Source: Azolla caroliniana (lineage: Eukaryota; Plantae; Polypodiophyta). Taken from it: DNA of 64,000 nt. The translations under genes and the position numbers were made by a program. The notes below the pieces were generated by a model that saw nothing but the letters and a program-made list of their open reading frames with translations, was not told the DNA's origin and did not search any database. Positions 52,837-64,000 of this stretch are shown one piece after another. How positions within the stretch are numbered: position 1 is the stretch's first letter; the number at the start of each line of letters is the position of its first letter. The stretch is from NCBI GenBank assembly GCA_043228905.1, contig JBHGNT010000012.1, positions 2,976,001 through 3,040,000 of the forward strand, in the 5' to 3' direction.

Positions 52837-52951
52837 ATGCCTTCTGCTATGAGCCCCTCCATGTCTTCAAACCCCAATTCCTCTTCTGCTCCCAAGGATC
52901 GCGACAAAGGTGTCAACGTACAGGTGCTTGTCAGATGCAGGTAAATAAATC

Positions 52952-52998
<47 letters not shown>

Positions 52999-55900
52999 AA
53001 ATATATCTCCATGCAGTATACCCCTTTTTACTTCCCATGTTTTCCGAATTGATCTGTGAATTTTTTTTGTACAGATCTAATTTCTCTTTTCTTTTGATCT
53101 TAGTTCCAATATCTCTCGATCAAATATGTATGTACTGTCCACTGTTACATATATGTATATTTGTTGAGCTTGTTATCTTAAACCTGTTTCCTAATTTGCG
53201 TACTTTTCTTTATCTAATCTCTGCATTGATTTGTATATGTACTTTTTTCGGGTTTTCATCTGAACGTTCCAATTGGTCTGTGATTAATGCTAATAAACGT
53301 TGAACTTCCTTTCTCTGAAGTGATTCTATCCAATACGATGTATTGTCTCTGTACCACTATATTACAATATACATTTCTCATAGATTTATCGGATCTCATT
53401 TAACCTGACCACCTGATCATAAATTGAGACAAATTGTTGATGTTACTATGATTTTAGCATAATAATTTCATTTTACCAACAAGATCTTATTTCAATCAAT
53501 GCAATTCCTGTAACCATCCCAATTGCTTCATAAATGTATACATTTATTTCTCTTTCAATCTGGATCAATACGCTCTGTCAGAGATTAAACAATAAACCCT
53601 GATAATCCTCATGGAGTTTCAACACAAAAGACAGTTCCTTACGCCACAAAGAAGTAATCGAATCAAACAATATCATCTGATCCTATTTTCAGTGTTTTCT
53701 TGGCCTTTATAATGGTATAATTGCGACCTTAGTTTTCTGTGATCCTCAAACTGTTCTGTTTTCCATATTTTAATTAAATTTTGTATCTGAATTAAGAAGT
53801 GATGCTTATTTCTATAATATATATGAATAATACACACCCACCCACATACACACATTCACACACACATACATACAGGCCATTCAATGAGGAAGAGCTACGT
53901 CTGAATGGTCCCCAAGCCATTATATGCAATGAAGCTAAGCGTGAAGTCATTGTTGCAACGAAGCTCATTGATCGTTCCTTTATCTTTGACAAGGTACACT
54001 TTTTATATGTTTTTTCTCCTTCAATGTAACCCTTTCTTAATGCTTTTCCCTTTAATATACTAGTCTCATGTTGATATAAAAAAACGTCCTCATCTGATCT
54101 ATCAAAGTCATGGGCATTCTTGATTAATTTTCATCATTTGGTCTATTATCATGAGCATTCTTGATTAATTTCTATCCTGTGATCTATCATCATCGTGGAC
54201 AGTTCTAAGCATTCTTAATTAATTTTCATCATTTGGTCTATTATCATGAGCATTCTTGATTAATTTCTATCCTGTGATCTATCATCATCGTGGACAGTTC
54301 TAATCAATTTCCATCTCGTGTTGTATCACTGTATGGAATAAATTCATGATAAGTGGTACTTTCCATGTTGGTCATTGATAGGATTTTCTGACTAGTTTGT
54401 GGAAGATTGAATAACCTCATTTTCTTCTTAAAATCCTAGTGATTTCATGTGTCGAATCAAATCTATATGGAAAACTGAATCTATTCTTAAAGAATCTTAA
54501 AAATCTTACGCAATGGTTGGAAACATGTTCTTTTGTTGAGAATCTATGTGGAAATATAAGACCAAATTCGAAAGATTGTTTCTTAAAATCGGAACAAGTT
54601 CTTCAGGTGAACCGGAATGCATGTGGATGACTTCATTACTTATATCATTGAGAGTAGGGGATGTTCTTATGTGGATTTCCTTATGAATAAGTCTTGAAAG
54701 TACTTCCTCAATGTTATTACTTGGATCTATTATTATTATCTCAACATTAGATGGAGCCAGACGTGTGATGGAGAAGCCTGGCGAGATTGTTAACATTAGT
54801 GTGTGCATTCCTCCTTCCTCATAAAACACTCTTATTTCTCAGGTTTTTGGTCAACAAACTGAACAGAAAGATCTTTATGACCAATCGATTTCCCCTATTG
54901 TCAGTGAAGTACTGGAAGGATTTAATTGCACAATTTTTGCATATGGACAGACAGGAACAGGCAAGACATATACAATGGAGGGTGCTGCAAGGAAATCAAA
55001 GGTAGTATATTTAACAAATATCTTGACACATTTGTTTTCCATCTGAGCATTTAATCAGAGAGAAGAACACGTCTTTCATATACTCAACATGTGAAATATT
55101 TCCCTGAATGTTCTCTGTATGAATAATGCTCACAGTTCAAATTTCCCTTCACTTGTTGTTAATATGTGTATTTCCCTGAATTTTCAATCACAGAGAAGAA
55201 CGTGTCTAAGTTCTAATTAATATATGAAATTTCCCTGCTAAAATTTATTCAATTGAACTTTGAATAATGATCACAGAGAAGAATATATGTTAAGTGCTAG
55301 TTAACTTGTGAAATTTCTCTTAATGTTCTTCATTTGAGCAATGTGTGCAGGGTAAAGCATGTGTAAAATGGTAGTTACTGTGTGAAACATTTCCCTTTCA
55401 TCTGAACAATATTCACAGAGAAGAATATGTTTTGAGTTCAAGTATATATGAAAAACAATATTCACAGAGAAGAATATGTTTTGAGTTGTATATATGAAAA
55501 ACAATATTCACAGAGAAGAATATGTTTTGAGTTGTATATATGAAAAACAATATTCACAGAGAAGAATATGTTTTGAGTTCAAGCATATATGAAAAACAAT
55601 ATTCACAGAGAAGAATATGTTTTGAGTTCAAGTATATATGAAAAACAATATTCACAGAGAAGAATATGTTTTGAGTTGTATATATGAAAAGTTTCCCTGG
55701 TAAATTTGCTATATGCACATTCACAGAAGCAAATGCATCCTAACATATGAATAATGTTTCCATATATTAGGAGCAATATGCTATATTTGCTATATGTTAT
55801 GCATGAACAATTCGCTAAAATTTGCCAAAATTTCTCCATATGAACAATCATAGTAAGACACAACTTAACATGTGTATATTTTTTTCTCTAAATCAGTCAG

Positions 55901-56281
55901 CAGGAGATCTACCTCTCGAAGCTGGAGTAATACCACGAGCGGTTGAACAAATTTTTCATACATTAGAGAAGCAGAATGCAGAGTATAGCATGAAAGTGAC
56001 TTTCTTGGAGCTTTATAATGAAGAGATAATGGATCTTTTAGCCCCAGATGATTTATCAAAGTCTATTGATCCAGAAAAACAGAGGAAACCACTAATTCTC
56101 ATGGAAGATGGAAAAGGTGGAGTCTTAGTCAGAGGCCTTGAAGAAGAAGTAGTTTACAGTGCTAACGAGATTTTTAGCCTTCTTGAAAGAGGATCTGCCA
56201 AGCGTCGCACAGCTGAAACTCTCATGAACAAGCAAAGCAGGTAACTGTATATGTGCTTATATATACATATACATACAAACA

Positions 56282-56312
<31 letters not shown>

Positions 56313-59300
56313 ACAATATTCTGCACTGTTAAAGTGTTGTAGTTCTTGCTTAATTAGTGCCGTGAAAACATCATGAATCAGATTCCTGCATTAGGTGATA
56401 TGCTGTAAGTAATGTGACGCTGATTAATCAAGATTTGGGCGTTAAGCAAGCAATGCCTAGATCTTGGTGCATCGGCAACCCAATTCTCTTTTCGTGCCCA
56501 AATCTGGATTAATGATAATGCATACATAATTCTGGCATTTCTGTAAGATTAATTAACTAGCGAGAATTATGACATTATGACACACAAAAATGTCTGGTAT
56601 TTCAGACAAATACATTTAAAATTAGTGCCATGTTGAAAACATTTCCATTTATTTCCTCTCCTTCAAAATATTTGAGGAAAACTATCGTCAAGTCTAATTC
56701 TTTGTTATTCTTTTTTATTACAGTCGTTCACATTCTATCTTCTCCATTATTATTCACATTAAAGAGTCAAGCCTTGAAGGTGAAGAACTTATCAAATGTG
56801 GCAGGTTAAACTTGGTGGATTTGGCAGGCTCTGAGTGTATTTCACGGTCAGGTGCAAGAGAGGTAGTGTACTTTAAAGTAAATATAGAAGTGTCTGAAAA
56901 TCTTTTTTTGCATAAAAGTAGTTATATTCATACATAAGCATACATATAGCAGTAAACTTTACTTTACTAAGTCTCGCAATATGTATATATACTCTGAAGA
57001 TTAAGCACTAATGTATTAAGTAAATAGTTATGCAGTAATGTAACCTGTTTCCCTCTTATTAATCTAATCTACAGCTTTGCAGGGACGTGCTCGAGAGGCT
57101 GGAGAGATCAACAAGAGCTTATTGACCCTTGGCCGTGTCATTACCTCACTTGTAGAGCACCTGGGCCATGTGCCTTACAGGTAGGTTTAAACTAGAAAGA
57201 CTAATTTTATTAGATGATTGACTGAATGTGATGATGTTTATTGGGACATATAACTGAACAGGGATAGCAAGCTTACGAGGCTCTTAAGAGAATCATTGGG
57301 TGGTAAAACAAAGACTTGTATCATTGCTACAATTAGTCCTTGTTTCCAAAGCTTAGACGAAACACTAAGTACACTTGATTATGCATGTCGTGCCAAAAGC
57401 ATTAAGAACAAGCCAGAGGTCTGATCAATATACTGTTGCCAATATTACTTAAAAGTTCCACAGATGATTGTGAAATTGGATGTAATTTCTGCATCTGTGC
57501 TGTCACAGATGAACCAAAAAGTGCTGAAATCCGCTCTTATCAAGGATTTGTATATGGAGATAGAAAAACTGAAAACAGGTAGATATCTTGGAAATTTAAC
57601 TTCCTGAGATACAGAATGATGAATAAGGAATAAAGAATAATAGAGTGGTTTAATGAAAAGAGGTATATGCTGCACGTGAGAAAAATGGGATCTACCTTCC
57701 ACGTGATCGTTACTTGCAAGAAGAAGCAGATAAGAAGGTAGTAATGAAGTAAATCATGCATGTTGATGTTACATTGGACCTCATCCAGTGTGTTTGCTAG
57801 ATATGATATTGAATTTAACTTTCTGTCCCAGGCCATGTCAGATAAAATAGAACAGTTGGAGGCTGAAATGCAAGTAAAAGATAAGGTTCACCAACTCAAT
57901 CTTGTGTACATATATTTCTTGAATATAGATCACGTTAACATTAGCTCACCTTTTATTTATGTTTGTCCATACCCTTCTCCAGCAATTAGAGGAGATGCAG
58001 ACATCCCTTGAATCTCAGGAACAAACATGTGCTATCTTAACTGCCAGTCTAGAAGCAACAAAGGTTGGTTGGTGTTGAGAGTACATTTTATAATATTGTA
58101 ATATTGCTGTTATGCAACCTGCTTTTCAATGTCACAGAAAAAGCTCGAGGAAACAGAAGAGGATTTTCTTGATGCCCAAGAGAAAATTAGAGCAGCATAT
58201 TATTCCATCAAAGAAAGGGAATATGTTATAAACAAGCTACAAGAGTCAGGTTTTTGTCATATTTATATGTACACTTTTACTTCTCGTGTAGGGGGATGTT
58301 TATATTTTGCTAATGTTTTGCGTTAAAAAATGTATACAGAGAATAACCTAGTTCAGAAAGCTGTTAACCTTCAGTTTGATTTGGAACACTCGGTCGAAGA
58401 TATCACGGGATTGCATCAAAAAATTGGTAAACATTTCTGTAACATCAAGTAAAATATCTATCTACCTAGGGTTATAGCTCTTGACATTTTGATTTTTTTT
58501 CATATAAGAACGGAAGGATATTGTTGAAACACAAAATCGTAAGGTGGTGCAAGATTTTCATTCTAAGCTTGGAGAGCAATTAGAAGCTCTTCGGACAAAT
58601 GTTGCAGTTTCTATTACCCAACAACAACAGCAACTTCAAATCATGGAGGATCAACTCAAAAACTTTGTTGAAAGCAAAGAGGAGGCAAGCTCTATCTATA
58701 ATATAATATAATATAATTGATACAATATCTCAAGGCTCTAATGCCAAATTTATCTATACATATAATCCATTGAATATTTGCTAGGGGAATTTTCCAGGTA
58801 TCAGGGAGGATGAAGGAAAAGGTTTCAGGCCTGAAAGATTTATACTGCTCCGGCCTAAAAGGTTTGCAGGACATGGTTCGATTACATGATCTAGAGACAT
58901 CAGCAACAGTTGAGAAACTGAATACAACAGCTTCGAGCCACTCTTCAGCTTTAGAAGAGGTAAAACATGATGCAAAACTAAGCATTATAGTATTTTGAGA
59001 TTCTAAGATATCTGTATGGAAATCAGGTACTGACACCTCCTTCTGTTGTATCTTAAAATAGCTTCTTTCAGCAGCTGTTCTAGGAGCAGAAGTGTTAATT
59101 CAAGATCTTCAAATAACACTTCACAATCAAGACAGTGAAATTGTAGCATTTATTAAGCAATTGCAGCAGGTAGGATAGCTTGTCTAATATTGTAAATAAG
59201 GTCTTTTTAGTTTCTTAAAGTTTCTTCTCTTACAGATGATCACGTGATTAATTTATATAACACTTACAGGGGGCTTTGCAAAATATTGAATCTTTAAGAG

Positions 59301-62300
59301 GTATATCACAAACAACAATTGAGCTATTTGTGAATCTGGAAAGGAGTGCAACTGAACTGTGTCAATCACTATATCAAAGTCATCAAAGTCAACAAGAATG
59401 TCTAGATAAGCTGGAACAAACATATCAGGTTTGTAAGAGATCGTTGAAGCTTTTTTCCATTTGGATAAAGTTTAAAATCGTTTTATATTGATTTTTTCCA
59501 ACTTATATATAGGACTGTGCCAAGAAAGAAGAAGAACAATTGATACAGAAGATCACAGATATGTTGGCAGCAACAACAGCTAGGAAATCAGACCTGGTAA
59601 GTGAAAAATCCTCTTTTCAGGAATGTTTCAAAATATTTCTACGTCTATATGAAATGGCATTTGTGGTGAAGATTCTTTGCAAAATTCAGTTATCTTTTGA
59701 CTGTAGGCATTATAGAAATTGTGTAGGCAATATATTTTCCTGCCGAAATAGAGTACAATATACAGTCTATGAGAGGCTGTGGTTTATACTTCTTAACCTC
59801 TTAGTAATGCCTTGAAACCATTTGTAAAGAGCCATGTAGTGTTTCACTAGAATATTTGGAACTGGCTCACTAGAATCTCTAGATGCTGTCAATCCATCTT
59901 AACTAAAAAAAGCTCATCTTATTCATTATATTAACATAAATATCAAGTTTACAAACAATACCCTGGTAATTCATGCTGTCAATATGATGATGATGACATT
60001 GTTAGTAATACATTGATATATAGTACTTCTCACCCAGAGTCAGATTTTATAGAGAAGTTGATTTACCATTGAATCGATAAGGTTATATCTTAATTCCTCT
60101 TTTGATTGGATTTTCAATTTACGTAAGGGTTAAATATGTATATCACCGTTGTCTATTGGTTTCCTTGTCTGAAAGCATTAGTTATTCTTAGTGAACTCAT
60201 GAATATGAAAAGAAGCTATGTTATTGCTACAATGTTTTTAGGTTGTGGGAGGTAGTATATGTAACTGATGTCACAGCTTTTTTCTATGTTTGAGCTGCCA
60301 AACCTGAGTATGTACCTTCTTATAGTTTGTCGATGCATTTTCCTTTGCATTTGCATATTTTCTTGGTTTTATTTTTTATTTGAGTAGGTGTCTCAAATAT
60401 TTCTGTAACTTTTGTATTTATCACGTTATGCAAATATTGCAAGAGAGTGAAATTTCAATCCAAGTTGGATGAAAATTCTCTCACATTCTTGTATTCATCA
60501 TGGAACATTCTATTCTTGCTGTTTTCATAAAATAGCAATATATGTCCTTTCTTGGTACAAACAATGCCGTGATCACTCTGAAATGCGTTCCACATATTTA
60601 GCCTTCTTGATTTTTACATTTAGATTTCTCACTACTACGAAAATCGTAATTGCTTAATCAAGGGAATAAATTCATGAGGCCTGCACTTACACTAAAGATA
60701 CAGACAACCTCTAAAAATGATATTTTTCTTTTTTGAAAATTCTTGTTCTGCTATCATTTGGATCTCCAAGTAAATTGGAACCATGGCTCTGGTTGTTTGC
60801 ATTGCTGAAAAAATGTCTCAATGAGTCGACAATTTGGACAAAGTTTTGAATGAATACTTTAATATCGTATATGTTTGAAGTTTTAAGGTTTTCTTGGTAT
60901 GAGTAACCTACAGGTGCGTTCAAAGGTTAAGCATCTGCGAGATAATGGAACTAAGGATTTCAATGACATGGAACATGGGATGCTAGACATGCATGCTGTT
61001 GCATCTAAGGCACGGATCAAATGGCAAGGTTATGTTGTGCAAGCTGAAACAAGTTATGCCGAGCACTCTAGTGGGTTGTCAAGAAAAAATTCTCAGTTGC
61101 AATGTCTTGTCCAAGAGTGGTATGTGCTGACTTCTTTTATGTCATTGAAAAAATTCTGATCATGTATCTACATTTATGGCTTTATGTCAACTACCACTAT
61201 TATTTTGTCAGTGTAAAAGCAACAAAAGCAGCTGGAGATAAATGGAAATCAGCTCAGGAGTCATTACATACTCTTGAAAAGAGCAACCTTGTTCAAGTGG
61301 AGTCAATTGTCAAGTAACCTTATGTTCCCTGATTTGTATTTATTTGTATTCACCCAAAGTTATGGTTAGCAAAGAGCATAACTCATTGGATACTGTTACT
61401 TCAGGGAGCGGCTGTCCAACAATGAGGCTTTATTTACTAAATTTAAGGAATCAAATGAGACCATTACTGCTAGCATTGATGATGGTTATGCTCAAGTTTT
61501 GAAATCTATAGAAGGTATGTAATGTTTGCATTTAATGTATACGAATTTTCAGTGTGTTCCTACATGGGAAGAACCAAAACTCGTCCTCTGGTGATGATCT
61601 AGGAGCATTGAACAATGATAAAGAAGCAGGGGCGACAACTCTTTCTCAGTGTTCAAGCCAATCGGTGGCTTTGGAAAGCCTTCAAACTTCCCACCATTGT
61701 GACACTCTAGACATAGAATCTCTTGCAAAGAGATGTTTCAGCGAAGAGTACCTGGTATGCCTTTTTCTTAATGCTAATGAAGGAAATCTTTTTGAAAAAA
61801 GAGAGAGTACATGGTATGCCTTATTCTCAATACTAATGACGGAAATCTTTTTGAAAAAAGAGAGAGTACATGGTATGCCTTTTTCTTAATACTAATGAAG
61901 GAAATCTTTTTGAAAAAAGAGAGTACAGGGTATGCCTAATTGGCAATAACTTTTGTTTGTCGATGAAATAGCTTCTCAAATATTTACTAGAATAGCCCTA
62001 ATTCTCAAAATTTACTGAAATTTGTAGTATTAAGGGTATCCCAATACATACCCAAGGGGTATTTCAGTGTTTTCCCATTGTTTCTAGGATTAGACTTATG
62101 GGTTGGTTATCATTTGCAGGAAGATAAACCAACATGTATAACACCCAGAAAGAGAACCATGGAAGTACCTACTCAAGCATCCATTGATGCCCTTCGGGCT
62201 CCAGAGTTCAGCAAAATGCTTCTAGAATTCCAAGAGGTTAACAACATATTGCAAAGTGAAAAGTCTGCTGCACAAAGATATGCTCCGAAGGAAACCAAGA

Positions 62301-62383
62301 TCCCAATCTTTGCAGATTCATCATTATTAAGAGATGGGCGAGTGCTACTCACCACACCCCCAACTAATGCAATGTTGTGTTAG
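52837..62383 (+). CDS. Kinesin-5 (BimC/KRP125-type) paralog B, ~23 exons, no lesion seen
   Basis: Exon 1 52837-52940 ([16 protein letters not shown]); GQTGTGKT in exon 54843-55001; SRSHS; [14 protein letters not shown]; [13 protein letters not shown]; final exon 62120-62383 with PTCITPRKR; intron positions match paralog A. Confidence 0.92.
54114..54303. repeat. 95-bp intronic tandem duplication
   Basis: Copies start at 54114 and 54209. Confidence 0.9.
55405..55690. repeat. 46/49-bp intronic minisatellite, 6 copies
   Basis: Unit aacaatattcacagagaagaatatgttttgagtt(caa)gtatatatgaaa; degenerate copies further upstream at ~55055-55290. Confidence 0.92.
61746..61936 (+). repeat. ~59-bp tandem repeat that includes a 5' splice donor
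   Basis: gagtac..g|gtatgc recurs with GT at 61755, 61814, 61873 and 61930. Confidence 0.88.
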
Positions 62384-63099
62384 TGATGAATTAAGAGAAG
62401 TCTATTATGTATATTAAATAAGTCAAAATCAATCTAGTATCATATCATCATCATATGCCATTCTTTAGACACTAAGTAAGCAAAGCTAAAGAGAAGGGTT
62501 TCTTGTTGATCCCCGGCAGTGATCGGAATATACATACTCCTTCATGATTGAAGGTTCTATCATGTTGTAATATCCCAAATTTGTATTGTCACACCTCTTT
62601 TAGCACACTTATTCAACTTGAATTCTTGCAACTAAATTTAATATGCTAATTATCGAAAAGGATGGAACGACAATTCCTTCTATGCCAAAACGGTATCTAA
62701 GATTTGAAAGGGTGGTGCCTCTCTCTCTCTCTCTCTCTGTGCACTCTCAATTGCAACATTCAATGGTAAAGTTCTTGAACATCGAGAGTCACTACTCACT
62801 TTCACACGTATCACGTGAAATGTAATATTTTTGGTCTCATAGGTCATATTTGACCTTTGAAGACGATAATATAATATATATACATTAAAAAACTCAAGAA
62901 TATGCCAAGTCATAGATTACCACATTTGCTTAGAATGTTGGATGTAAACTATAAAAGAATCGATGGCGGAGCAGGAGCAGGAGCAGAGGTTGTGAAAAGG
63001 GTGTAGGAGCGAAGGACCAAGAGCGGAGCAAAGGCCACCGGGGAACGGAGCAAGAGCAGGAGCTGAAGCTCACCCACATGACAACGCAGAGTGGAGGGC

Positions 63100-63900
63100 A
63101 TATAGATCCCCTCTCTGTAGGCCCTACCCTCTCTGTCCACTACCTACAGGGTGGTGGTCTTCGTCATAGCCCCCCCTCGCCGCCGCCGTCATTGTGCACA
63201 ATCGTTAGGATTACACCCCAACAACAGAGCGGAGGACCTAACGCTAGTGGATAGGCTAAAGAAGCAACTAGGCCCTCCCTCTATACGCTTATTGGTGTCG
63301 GACATCGACAAACTTCCTTCCAAGGTCCTCATTCTTGGAAAAAACAGAATGCGGATTGAACAACGCATAGAAGTGATCGGTGCATCGGGGGGCAATGTTT
63401 TGCTTGCAAAAACTTTGGTCATTTAAAAAAGAACTACCCCACGAGAGGCACTACAGATCCTACCAAGGAGACCTGAGAAGGTCATGGCACCATAGGCCAT
63501 GAGAAGCCCCCCCACCACGACCCGATGAGGTTGTGATGGAATGGCAAGTGGTGGGGAAAACCCATGCCCTCCGCAAAACTCCACAGGCACAAAATTCTCC
63601 ATCGCCTTTGAGCCCCAATCAATTTGATCTATTGCAAGAGCTCCCCCCCCACGGATGAACACTCCCCTAGTTCTTTCTTAAGCCCTAAGGATTGGCCTAA
63701 GGTGACACCAAGCACACAGGAGAAAATTCTCATTAAAGCTTACAAAATAGGAAAGCGACGAAGGATAAGCCATGTTAAGACCTTAATGTGGAGCTTGCAC
63801 GGAACTACACCCAATAGAGAAGCAACAAATCAAGGCCGAAGTTTGAATATCACGCCTATAATCATAGTCTTCCTAGACACAAATGAGTGTGGTACCTCTA
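63100..63900 (-). pseudogene. Possible decayed L1-type LINE ORF1 fragment
   Basis: GC-richer coding-like stretch with stops; RIEGGPSCFF resembles the lead-in to an ORF1 zinc knuckle; weak similarity judged by eye. Confidence 0.35.
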
Positions 63901-64000
63901 GTTAGGACCTTGAACGACACCCACAAAATGCCTTGAAATGGCTAGGTATTAGACATAAGATAATGGAAAAAATAAGGGTACATGTATCGGCAATACACAA

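Noticed and set aside
55405-55690. CRISPR-like array
   Set aside because: No unique spacers; eukaryotic intronic minisatellite.

Overview
Land-plant nuclear DNA: AT-rich, GT-AG introns, one 100-N gap at 16346-16445. The species cannot be read from the sequence. Host genes: the 3' end of a SEN1/UPF1-like SF1 helicase (+), two kinesin-5/BimC paralogs arranged head-to-head (21215-27100 on -, 52837-62383 on +), and an At5g48020-like 2OG-Fe(II) oxygenase (+) between them. Transposons: a very young GC-rich Ty3/gypsy (Athila-like, non-chromovirus) element at 8276-16270, nested in a decayed chromovirus; a decayed Tnt1/Tork-like Copia carrying a solo LTR; LINE remnants; a fold-back element; many tandem repeats. 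The most unusual object is the young Ty3/gypsy element. It has identical LTRs and an intact PR-RT-RH-INT ORF that starts about 30 nt after the PBS, so it has no gag at all. It keeps an intact ~900-aa extra ORF (plant-transposon-type domain plus long coiled coil), has no canonical PPT, and its CpGs are strongly biased to CCG/CGG context. The minus-strand kinesin-5 has a 26-nt frameshifting deletion just after the motor domain.
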